From Candidatus Dormiibacterota bacterium (GTDB taxonomy: Bacteria; Chloroflexota; Dormibacteria; Dormibacterales; Dormibacteraceae), in NCBI GenBank assembly GCA_035689345.1, contig DASSLR010000012.1, forward strand, positions 33,065 to 57,064: a DNA stretch of 24,000 nt, in the 5' to 3' direction. The notes beneath the pieces were generated by a model. It did not search any database, was not told the origin of the DNA, and saw only the letters and a program-made list of their open reading frames with translations. Position numbers and translations under genes: made by a program. Below are positions 15,413 to 23,060 of this stretch, piece by piece. Numbering within the stretch: the first letter of the stretch is position 1; each line of letters opens with the position of its first letter.

Positions 15413-15449
15413 CGGGAGCGGACCGCGTCCGCTCCCGGACCTCGGGAGC
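15413..15449 (+). promoter_or_regulatory. Intercistronic RNA element: a stable hairpin with an alternative pairing that would sequester the SD
   Basis: CGGGAGCGGAC (15413-15423) pairs perfectly with GTCCGCTCCCG (15427-15437). GCTCCCG (15431-15437) is also complementary to CGGGAGC (15443-15449), which contains the SD GGGAG of the M42 gene. Confidence 0.5.
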
Positions 15450-15456
15450 AATGGAA

Positions 15457-16596
15457 ATGGCAGCGACGACCACGGCGAAGTCCACAAGAAGCATCGTGCC
15501 TATGCTGGAGCGTCTTTCGGCCATCGCCGCGCCCTCGGGCAACGAGGACCGCGTGATCGCGGCGGTCGTGGCACATGCCGAGGCCTGCGGGTTCTCGCCG
15601 GTCGTCGACAATATCGGCAACGTCGTTGTCCCGGTCGCGGAGGGAGCTGCCGGCTCGCCGCTGGTCTTCGCGCACCTCGACGAGCTCGGTCTCACCGTCA
15701 GGTCGATCGACGGCGACGGATTCGTCGGCGTGGAGCGTTTGGGCGGAGTGCCCGAGAGAGTGCTTCCCGGGCTCAAGATGCTCATCCACACCCGAGCCGC
15801 GGACATACCCGCGATCGTCGGCCTCAAGGCCCACCACCTCACGCCCGCCGGAGAGAAGTACGTGGTCCGGCCGGCCGAGGAGCTCTACCTCGACGCCGGA
15901 TTCCCCAGCAGGGCGGCGGCCCACGAGGCGGGCATCCGGGTAGGCGACCCGATCACCTACTCGCCGTCCTTCACGCATCTGGCCGGCGGACTGGTCAGCG
16001 GTAAGTCGTTCGACGACCGGCTGGCGGTCGCCGCGCTGCTGATGCTGCTCGACTCTTTCGCCGAATCACCCCCCGACCGCGGCGTGCTGGTCGCATTCAC
16101 CGTGCAGGAGGAGTTCAACGTCCGGGGTTCGCTCGCCATCGCGCAGCGGTGGCGGCCAGGCATCGCCGTGCAGGTCGATGTCGCGCCGGCGTGCGACACG
16201 CCCGACCTGGCCGGTCGCGATCCGGTGAGGCTCGGCGGCGGGCCGGTGCTGACGCGCCTGAGTTTCCACGGGCGAGGAACTCTCGGCGGCCTGGTGCCCC
16301 ATCCTGCGCTGCTGCGGGCGCTCGAGGAAGCTGCTGCCGCGGCGGAGGTGCCGGTCCAGTACCAGTCGATCGTCGGCCTCATCACCGACGCGGCTTTTCT
16401 TCCGATGGCGACCGGTGACGGCATCGCCGCCGCCGAGGTTGGGATCCCGTGCCGCTACACGCACAGCCCGATCGAGACTGCCGATCCGCGAGACGCGGAG
16501 CTCATGGTCCGGCTGCTCGAACGATTCATCAGAGCCCACGCGAACATCGACATGCGCCGCGGCCGGCCGCTGGCGAAGCAAGGAGGAATGTCGTGA
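15457..16596 (+). CDS. M42-family metallopeptidase/cellulase-like protein (FrvX/SgcX-like)
   Basis: MLERLSAIAAPSGNEDRV, FAHLDELGL, GKSFDDRLAVAAL, FTVQEEFNVRGS, IPCRYTHSP. GGGAG at 15444-15448 is 8 nt from ATG 15457; the track's ATG at 15451 is only 2 nt from that SD. Confidence 0.9.
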   Translation: MAATTTAKSTRSIVPMLERLSAIAAPSGNEDRVIAAVVAHAEACGFSPVVDNIGNVVVPVAEGAAGSPLVFAHLDELGLTVRSIDGDGFVGVERLGGVPERVLPGLKMLIHTRAADIPAIVGLKAHHLTPAGEKYVVRPAEELYLDAGFPSRAAAHEAGIRVGDPITYSPSFTHLAGGLVSGKSFDDRLAVAALLMLLDSFAESPPDRGVLVAFTVQEEFNVRGSLAIAQRWRPGIAVQVDVAPACDTPDLAGRDPVRLGGGPVLTRLSFHGRGTLGGLVPHPALLRALEEAAAAAEVPVQYQSIVGLITDAAFLPMATGDGIAAAEVGIPCRYTHSPIETADPRDAELMVRLLERFIRAHANIDMRRGRPLAKQGGMS

Positions 16597-17435
16597 ACGC
16601 GATCGAGGAGATCTTTGGCAAGTCGAAGGCCATCATCGCGATGGCGCACTTCCCACCTTTGCCCGGACAACCGCTGTACGACGCGTCAGGCGGCCTGGCG
16701 AAGATTCGCGAGGTCGTCAGCGACGACGTCGACCGGCTGGCGGCGGCCGGGGCGGACGGAATCCTGTTCTGCAACGAAGGCGACCGCCCCTACCGGGCGC
16801 ACGCCGGCCACGAAACAGTGGCCGTGATGTCGTCGGTCATCCAGGACGCGGCGCGTGGACTGCGCATTCCATTCGGTGCCGACGTCCTGTGGGACCCGCA
16901 GGCGGCGATCGCGATCGCGTTCGCGACCGGCGCACGATTCGTGCGCGAGGTGTTCACCGGGGTCTACTCGAGCGACTTCGGGATCTGGAACACTGACCCA
17001 GCCGGCGCGCTGCGCTTCCGGCGTGAGCTCGGCGCTTCCGACTTGCGCTGCTTCTACAACATCACGGCGGAGTTCGCGTCGCCGCTGGCCGCTCGACCCA
17101 TCGAGCTGACAGCTCGCTCCGCGGTGTTCTCGTCGCTGGCCGACGCCATCTGCGTCTCGGGCAGCCTGACCGGCACCGCTCCCGACATCGACGTCGTGGC
17201 GGCGGTCAAGCGCGCGGTTCCCGACACCGCGGTCATCGTGAACACCGGCGTGCGCGCGGACACGGTCGGCAAATTTCTCAACGCCGCCGACGCCGTCATC
17301 GTCGGCACCGCGTTGAAGCGTGACGGCGTGACGTGGAATCCGGTGGATGCCGACCGCGCCAAGAGCTTCATCGCCGCCGCGGCGGGCACAGGAGTCTGGA
17401 GTCCCGGTCCCGCGCGCACGCCCGCCATGGTGTAG
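16593..17435 (+). CDS. BtpA-family TIM-barrel protein (SgcQ-like)
   Basis: AGGAGG at 16581-16586 sits 6 nt before GTG 16593, which overlaps the M42 stop (GTGA). AIIAMAHFPPLPGQPLYD, GADGILFCNEGDRPY, FGADVLWDP, ICVSGSLTGTAPD and VIVGTALKRDG match the BtpA/SgcQ pattern. Confidence 0.85.
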   Translation: MNAIEEIFGKSKAIIAMAHFPPLPGQPLYDASGGLAKIREVVSDDVDRLAAAGADGILFCNEGDRPYRAHAGHETVAVMSSVIQDAARGLRIPFGADVLWDPQAAIAIAFATGARFVREVFTGVYSSDFGIWNTDPAGALRFRRELGASDLRCFYNITAEFASPLAARPIELTARSAVFSSLADAICVSGSLTGTAPDIDVVAAVKRAVPDTAVIVNTGVRADTVGKFLNAADAVIVGTALKRDGVTWNPVDADRAKSFIAAAAGTGVWSPGPARTPAMV

Positions 17436-17437
17436 CG

Positions 17438-18091
17438 ATGCGCGTGGCGGTCTCGCTGGCGTCGGCCGATCCGCTGCGGATCGCGGAAGCCGCCGAGCGC
17501 GCCGCCACCGCGGGCGCAAGCGCTCTGCACGTCGATTTCGGCGACGGCCGGTTCGTGCCGTGGCTTGGCGGCGGGGTTGAGCTCGTGGCGGCGCTGGTCC
17601 GGCTGGCGGCCATTCCGGTCGACGTCCATCTGATGGTGGAGGAGCCTGAGCCCTACTTCGCTCCTCTGGCGGCGGCCGGCGCGACCTCCGTCGTCGCGCA
17701 CATCGAACGCGCGCCGTATCCATGGCGACTCCGCGCGCTCGCTCATCGCTCCGGCATGCAGTTCGGGTTGGCGTTGAACCCGGCGACGCCGATAAGCGAC
17801 CTGGAGCCGGTGATCAGCTGCGCCGACTACTTAGTACTGCTCACCACGGAGCCCGACGGAGCGGGCGAGCTCATGCTGCCGAACACGCTGGAGCGCGTCC
17901 AGGCCGCGCGAGCTCTCATCGGCCCCGATCGCGCGCTCGAGATCGACGGCGGCGTGACCGGTGAATCCCTCACCTGGCCCATGAGGGCCGCGGTAGACCG
18001 TCTCGTCGTCGGTCGGGCGGTGCTCGACTCAGCGGAGCCGGCAATCCTGATCGCACATCTCGCGTCCGGCAACGGGGTCGGGGTGCGATGA
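17438..18091 (+). CDS. Divergent ribulose-phosphate 3-epimerase family protein (SgcE-like)
   Basis: ATG lies 2 nt after the BtpA stop. SLASADPL, LHVDFGDGRFVP, VDVHLMV, LNPATP, LLTTEPDGAGE, EIDGGV, VVGRAV. The Rpe metal ligands (H, D, H, D) appear conserved, but the phosphate-loop region is altered. Confidence 0.8.
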   Translation: MRVAVSLASADPLRIAEAAERAATAGASALHVDFGDGRFVPWLGGGVELVAALVRLAAIPVDVHLMVEEPEPYFAPLAAAGATSVVAHIERAPYPWRLRALAHRSGMQFGLALNPATPISDLEPVISCADYLVLLTTEPDGAGELMLPNTLERVQAARALIGPDRALEIDGGVTGESLTWPMRAAVDRLVVGRAVLDSAEPAILIAHLASGNGVGVR

Positions 18092-18558
18092 GCGTCGCGG
18101 CGCCGTCGAGCCTGTACTGGTCGTCCGGGTTGGTGCGCCGGTTTTCGTCAGCGGACGGTCCAGAGGACGCGATAAGGCTCGTCGGCAACTTGCTCATCAA
18201 AGCGGGCGCAGCGACAGCCGCGCACGTCGAAGCTGCGGTGCGTCGCGAGGCGGAGTACCCGACCGGGCTCCCAGCGAGCGTGCCCTTCGCGCTCGCGCAC
18301 ACGGACGCGCCCGGGGCGCTGCGGCTGGCGGCTGCGGTCGGCATCTTCGAGCAACCGGTCGTGTTCCGCCGCATGGACCGGCCCTCGGAGATGCTGCCGG
18401 TGAGGCTGGTGGCGATGCTCACCGTGCCCAGGCGCCACATGCAGGCGGAGCTCCTCAGCAACCTGATCAAAGGGCTGGCCTCTCCGGGTGTGGCCGAGCA
18501 GCTGCTCGAAGCGCCGCCACCGGATGCCCTGCGGCTGCTGCGCGGGGTGACGGGATGA
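18088..18558 (+). CDS. PTS EIIA component, type 2 (mannitol/fructose/Gat family; SgcA/GatA-like)
   Basis: ATGA overlap with the epimerase stop. 156 aa with the phosphorylatable His in SVPFALAHTD and EAEYPTGLP upstream, typical of EIIA-2. Confidence 0.85.
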   Translation: MSVAAPSSLYWSSGLVRRFSSADGPEDAIRLVGNLLIKAGAATAAHVEAAVRREAEYPTGLPASVPFALAHTDAPGALRLAAAVGIFEQPVVFRRMDRPSEMLPVRLVAMLTVPRRHMQAELLSNLIKGLASPGVAEQLLEAPPPDALRLLRGVTG

Positions 18559-20186
18559 GCCCGGCGCGGGCAACCGTCCTGCGGGGGATAGCGGCCTCGC
18601 GCGGCGAGGCAGCGGGCCCTGTGTTCGTGGTGCGCGAGGGTCCGGCAGAGGGCGGTCGGGCGGCGGCCGATTTCGACTCCGCCGCCCAGGCGGTCGCGAT
18701 GCGCCTCGACGCGATCGCAGACCAGGCGACGTCCAGGCCCGAGGGGGCCGCGATCCTGCGGGCACAGGCGGCGATGGCGCGGGACCCGGTGCTGGCCGCG
18801 TCGGTTCGCGAGCGGCAGGGTCGAGGCGAAAACCTGGCCGCCGCCATCAAGTCCGCGACCGATGCATACGCGGACAGGCTCCTCGAGCTCGACGACGCGT
18901 ACCTTCGCCAGCGCGCGGCCGACGTGCGCGAGATCGGGCGCCTGCTCATCGCCGAAGCCGAAGGGGGAATCGGGTCGCGGCTCGGCGGCTTGCGCAGCCC
19001 GGCGGTGGTGGTCGCTCGCGACCTTTCACCGGCCGACACGTTGAGCGTCGCCGGCGACCTGCTCCTGGCCCTGGTCACCGAGGAGGGCGGGCTCACGTCA
19101 CACACCGCCATCGTGGCGCGCGAGCTCGGCATCCCGGCCGTGGTGGGACTGCAGGGCGCGGTGGCGGCCGCGGCGGGACACGCGGGTGTCCGGGTGGACG
19201 GAGACGCTGGCGAAGTCACGTTCATGGACAGCGCCGAGCCGCGGCAGGCCAGGTCGATGACGCGGCTGATCGACGCGGCGTCGGCCCCCGTGCCGGTCCT
19301 GGCGAACGCCGGCTCGGTCGAGGCCGCCACTTCCGCCGCCGCTCGCGGTGCGGCGGGCATCGGCCTGTTCAGGACCGAGTTCATGTTCATGGCCCAGCAC
19401 GGACCGATGTCCGAGGACGATCAGGCCGCGACCTACGCCCGGGTCTGCGATGCGCTGCCGGGCCGGGTGGTCGTGGTCCGCACGCTGGACGCAGGCGCTG
19501 ACAAGCCGCTACCGTTCCTGCCGCCGGCGACGGAAGCCAATCCTCAGCTGGGGCGTCGAGGCGTCCGCCTGTGGCTGGGCAACGAGGAGCTGTGCAGGCC
19601 GCAGGTGCGCGCGCTGCTCCGCTGCGCGGCGACGCATCCGCGGATGCAGGTGATGCTGCCGATGGTCGGCGCGCGTCCGGAGATGGTCGCGGCGCGGGCT
19701 CTCTTTGCGGCCGAGGCCGCAAGCCTCGGTGTGGGCGTTCCGGACATCGGGATGATGGTGGAAGTGCCCGCGGTGGCCGCGGCGCTAGAGGCATTCCAGG
19801 GCGTGACGGATTTCGTCAGTCTCGGCACCAACGATCTCACCCAGTACGCGGTGGCCGCGGACCGAGGAATGGATTGGCCGGACGATCTTGGAGTGTTCAA
19901 TCCCGGCGTGCTGCGCCTGATCGCGACCGTGATCGAGAGCGCCCGGCGCATGGCGATCGGGGCAGGCGCCTGCGGCGAGATGGCAGGCAGACCCGAAGGG
20001 GGCATCTTCCTGGTCGGGGTCGGAGCTACATCGCTGAGCATGACCGCCGACTCCATCCCGGCCGTGGTCGAGGCCACGAGCCGGTTGGGGGGCGAGCGCT
20101 GCGCCACCGCCGCTCGCGAGGCTTTGCAGGCGGACTCAGCGCGCGGCGCTCTTGCCGTCCTGAGGAGCGCCCTCGCCGAGGCCTGA
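18555..20186 (+). CDS. ptsI: Phosphoenolpyruvate-protein phosphotransferase (PTS Enzyme I)
   Basis: ATGA overlap with the EIIA stop. GGLTSHTAIVARELGIPAVVG carries the active His. GIGLFRTEFMF, VVRTLDAGADKP and SLGTNDLTQY are also present. Confidence 0.95.
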   Translation: MSPARATVLRGIAASRGEAAGPVFVVREGPAEGGRAAADFDSAAQAVAMRLDAIADQATSRPEGAAILRAQAAMARDPVLAASVRERQGRGENLAAAIKSATDAYADRLLELDDAYLRQRAADVREIGRLLIAEAEGGIGSRLGGLRSPAVVVARDLSPADTLSVAGDLLLALVTEEGGLTSHTAIVARELGIPAVVGLQGAVAAAAGHAGVRVDGDAGEVTFMDSAEPRQARSMTRLIDAASAPVPVLANAGSVEAATSAAARGAAGIGLFRTEFMFMAQHGPMSEDDQAATYARVCDALPGRVVVVRTLDAGADKPLPFLPPATEANPQLGRRGVRLWLGNEELCRPQVRALLRCAATHPRMQVMLPMVGARPEMVAARALFAAEAASLGVGVPDIGMMVEVPAVAAALEAFQGVTDFVSLGTNDLTQYAVAADRGMDWPDDLGVFNPGVLRLIATVIESARRMAIGAGACGEMAGRPEGGIFLVGVGATSLSMTADSIPAVVEATSRLGGERCATAAREALQADSARGALAVLRSALAEA

Positions 20187-20441
20187 GTCGATCGCGGCAG
20201 CGAGCTGTTCGAGGTCGTCGGCTTCGTCCTGCCCGTCGACCGTGACTTCGATCCGCTGGCCCTCGCTTGCTCCGAGCGTGAGCACCTCGAGGATGCTCTT
20301 GCCGTTCGCCCTGGTACCTGGCCGATCCAGGTTCTGGACGCGCACGTCAGAGCTCAGCCCCGCCGCCGTGCGCACGAACACGGTGGCGGGGCGCGCGTGG
20401 AGCCCTGATGCGTTCCGCAGCCGGAAGACCTGTGTTCTCAC
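20136..20441 (-). CDS. ptsH: Phosphocarrier protein HPr, with a C-terminal extension
   Basis: GTG start. NASGLHARPA is the His15 motif and ANGKSILEVLTLGA is the Ser46-type motif. At 101 aa it is longer than typical HPr, and its tail overlaps the ptsI 3' end by 51 nt. Confidence 0.9.
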   Translation of the reverse strand: MRTQVFRLRNASGLHARPATVFVRTAAGLSSDVRVQNLDRPGTRANGKSILEVLTLGASEGQRIEVTVDGQDEADDLEQLAAAIDSGLGEGAPQDGKSAAR

Positions 20442-20450
20442 CGATGACCG

Positions 20451-21260
20451 CTACTTGAGCAGCCGCCCGCCGTCGACGATGACCAGCGAACCGGTCATGT
20501 AGTCGGACGCCGGCGACGCGAGGAATACGGCCACCTTGGCGATGTCGTCGGGGGTGCCGAAACGGCCGAGGGGCACCTGGCTGATGAACTGCTTCGTCAG
20601 CTGCTGCAGCTGCTCGGCGGTCATGCCCTGCATCGGCTTCGAGGCGCCTTCGGTGGTGATGCCGCCGGGCGCGATCGCGTTGACGGTCACGTTGTGCGGC
20701 GCCATCTCCAGGGCGAAGTTCTTGGTGAACATCAGCACGCCGCCCTTGGAAGCGTCGTACGCGGCGAGGCCCGGCATTGACGGATGGACCGAGTCGATCG
20801 ACGCAACGTTGACGATCTTGCCGCCGCGACCCTGCTTAACCATCTGCAGCCCAGCCGCCTTCGACATGAAGACGAGCCCGCGCAGGTTGACATCGATGAC
20901 GCGGTCGAAGAACTCGGGAGTCATCTCCAGCACCGGGCTGGTCGGGTAGATGCCCGCGTTGTTGACCAGGATGTCGATCGACCCGAGCTCGTCGACGACC
21001 CGCTGCACCGCCGCTGCGGCGGCGTCCGCGTCGGCGATGTCGAGCACCATTCCCCGCGCCTCGGCATCCAGCTTCGCCGCGGCCGGCTGCACGATGGGGC
21101 TGAGGTCGGCGAGCATCACCTTGGCGCCGGCTTCGACGAAGCGCTGCGCGATCCCATAGCCGATGCCCATGGCCGCTCCCGTGATGAGGGCGTTGCGGCC
21201 TTTCAATCCAAAGGGGCCCCAGCCTGTCGTTGGAGCCGCTTCTGCAATCGCGGTGACCAT
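20451..21260 (-). CDS. Short-chain dehydrogenase/reductase (classical SDR); candidate sugar/polyol-phosphate dehydrogenase
   Basis: AAGGAGG sits 8 nt before the ATG. ALITGAAMGIGYGIA is the TGxxxGxG motif; NNAG is present; S...YDASK is the catalytic triad/tetrad; PGGITT follows. Confidence 0.9.
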   Translation of the reverse strand: MVTAIAEAAPTTGWGPFGLKGRNALITGAAMGIGYGIAQRFVEAGAKVMLADLSPIVQPAAAKLDAEARGMVLDIADADAAAAAVQRVVDELGSIDILVNNAGIYPTSPVLEMTPEFFDRVIDVNLRGLVFMSKAAGLQMVKQGRGGKIVNVASIDSVHPSMPGLAAYDASKGGVLMFTKNFALEMAPHNVTVNAIAPGGITTEGASKPMQGMTAEQLQQLTKQFISQVPLGRFGTPDDIAKVAVFLASPASDYMTGSLVIVDGGRLLK

Positions 21261-21398
21261 CTTCAGTACCTCCTTGACGGAAAACTCACTCGTCTCATCC
21301 TGCGGAGGGAAGCGGTCCAGACCAATCGTCCGTCGGCCCCTACCGGCACGGTCGAAAGGCTCTAGATCGCGCCACCGGCGCGCCCGATATTTGAAAGC

Positions 21399-21962
21399 GT
21401 GAAGAGCGGGCTTCGGGTCGCCATGGCGCTGGCGGTGGTGCTCGTCGTCGCGGCCTGCGGGACGTCGAGCCCAGTCGCGACCGTGCCGAGCCCATCACCG
21501 GCGCCGTCGCAGACGACGATTCAGAGTCCCTCGCCGGCTCTGGTCTCGATCGTCGTCGCGAACGCGGAGATCAGAGCCCGCGTTTCGGGCGCCAACCCAG
21601 TGCTGCTGCCGGCCGCGGTGCCCGCCGGCTGGTCGGCGCGGCTCACTGAGCTCGGGTCCTGGTTCTTCACGGTGATCTACAGCAGCCCGGATGGAAAGCA
21701 AACGATCGAGTTCGCGATCGTCGTGCCCAACCCGCCACCGCCTGGGCCGAACGGCCTGCAGGTGCAGCCAGGCTTCCACGGCGACCGGCACTCGCTGTAT
21801 CAGGTGGATGACAAGGCCCAGGCAGGAAGCCATCGATGGCTGATCTGGAACGAGCCCGGGACCTGGTCCGAGCCAAACGGGTTGCCGGGCGTGCCGTACT
21901 TCCTCAGCACGACGGGCCTCACGGACGCGGAGTTCTGGGCCGTCGCGAACTCCGTGAAGTAG
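21399..21962 (+). CDS. Lipoprotein, function unknown
   Basis: Signal/lipobox KSGLRVAMALAVVLVVAACGT, then a Pro/Ser linker. The start is GTG 21399 or ATG 21420. The stop TAG abuts the ackA stop. Confidence 0.65.
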   Translation: MKSGLRVAMALAVVLVVAACGTSSPVATVPSPSPAPSQTTIQSPSPALVSIVVANAEIRARVSGANPVLLPAAVPAGWSARLTELGSWFFTVIYSSPDGKQTIEFAIVVPNPPPPGPNGLQVQPGFHGDRHSLYQVDDKAQAGSHRWLIWNEPGTWSEPNGLPGVPYFLSTTGLTDAEFWAVANSVK

Positions 21963-23060
21963 TCAGGCGGTCGAGAGCACCCGCCGGACCTCGCGCGCGA
22001 CCTCAACGTCTTCCCGGGCGCGGACGACCAGCGTCCGGGCCTCGGCCTCCGTGGTGCTGATGTCGTGATCGCCAGTCGCATCCGCGTTCAAGTCAGGACT
22101 GATGTCGAGGCCAAGGAAACGCAGGCCGGACACGGCCCCGGCGCGGACGGCGGGCGCGTGCTCGCCGACTCCCCCTGTGAAGACGAGCGCGTCCAGGCCG
22201 TTCATGGCCGCGGCCATCGCGGCGATGCCGGCCCGGAGGCGGTGAAGGTAGACGTCGAGCGCGAGGCGTGAGCGCTTCACGCCTGCGCCCACGCCGCGCA
22301 GCACCTCGCGCATGTCTGCCACGCCGGCCAGCGCCAGAAGGCCCGACTTCGAGTCGAGCGTCTCGGTCAGCTGGGGCTCCGTCATTCCATGGCGTCGCTG
22401 CAGCCAGAGCACGATTCCCGGATCCACGCTTCCCGACCGCGTGGCCATGACCAGACCTTCCATCGGGGTGAAGCCCATGGTCGTGTCCACCGAGCGGCCT
22501 CCCAGCACGGCCGCGAGCGAAGCGCCTGCACCAAGGTGGCAGGTGACGGTGCGCAGCAGCTCCGCCGGCCGATCGAGCATCTCCGCCGCACGCCTCGACG
22601 CGTACGCGTGCGAGAACCCGTGGAACCCGAAGCGCCGCACGCCCAGCCGCGACTGCCACTCCAGCGGCACCGCGTAGGTGGAGGCCTCCGCGGGCATCGT
22701 CGAGTGAAAGGCGGTGTCGAAGCACGCCACCGCCGGCACTCGTGGAAGCAGTGTCCGCGTCGCCGCGATGCCGGCAAGCGAGGCGGGGAGGTGAAGGGGG
22801 GCGAGGTCGGTGATCGAGCCCAGGTAGTCGATGAGCTCCGGGTCGACCCGCACGGATTGCGGATATCGCGGCCCACCGTGAACCACACGGTGACCCACCG
22901 CATCGACGCCGGACATCACGCGCACCGCACCCTGCAGCTCGGACTCGTCGAACTCGCCGCCTTTCGCGTCGAAGTCGCGCTCGAAGAGGGTCGAGTCGTC
23001 TTCCTCGACCAGGCTCACCTTGAGGGAGCTCGAGCCGGCGTTGACTACGAGTACTTTCAG
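21963..23060 (-). CDS. ackA: Acetate kinase
   Basis: [66 protein letters not shown] and VFTGGVGEH are all present. No ATG, GTG or TTG is available for the N-terminus. The 5' boundary is set at CTG 23060, which overlaps the xfp stop. Confidence 0.85.
   Translation of the reverse strand: MKVLVVNAGSSSLKVSLVEEDDSTLFERDFDAKGGEFDESELQGAVRVMSGVDAVGHRVVHGGPRYPQSVRVDPELIDYLGSITDLAPLHLPASLAGIAATRTLLPRVPAVACFDTAFHSTMPAEASTYAVPLEWQSRLGVRRFGFHGFSHAYASRRAAEMLDRPAELLRTVTCHLGAGASLAAVLGGRSVDTTMGFTPMEGLVMATRSGSVDPGIVLWLQRRHGMTEPQLTETLDSKSGLLALAGVADMREVLRGVGAGVKRSRLALDVYLHRLRAGIAAMAAAMNGLDALVFTGGVGEHAPAVRAGAVSGLRFLGLDISPDLNADATGDHDISTTEAEARTLVVRAREDVEVAREVRRVLSTA

Noticed and set aside
13868-15487. A 539-aa ORF on the minus strand, the third-longest ORF in the window
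   Set aside because: It is exactly antisense to the well-supported GatC-like EIIC gene. Its translation is dominated by R/D/E/G/Q/H low-complexity runs with no recognisable domain. This is a typical antisense open frame in high-GC DNA.
21368-21382. The palindrome CGCGCC-ACC-GGCGCG in the SDR/lipoprotein divergent spacer
   Set aside because: It is a 6-bp all-GC inverted repeat, which is expected by chance at this composition. No second copy occurs elsewhere in the window.
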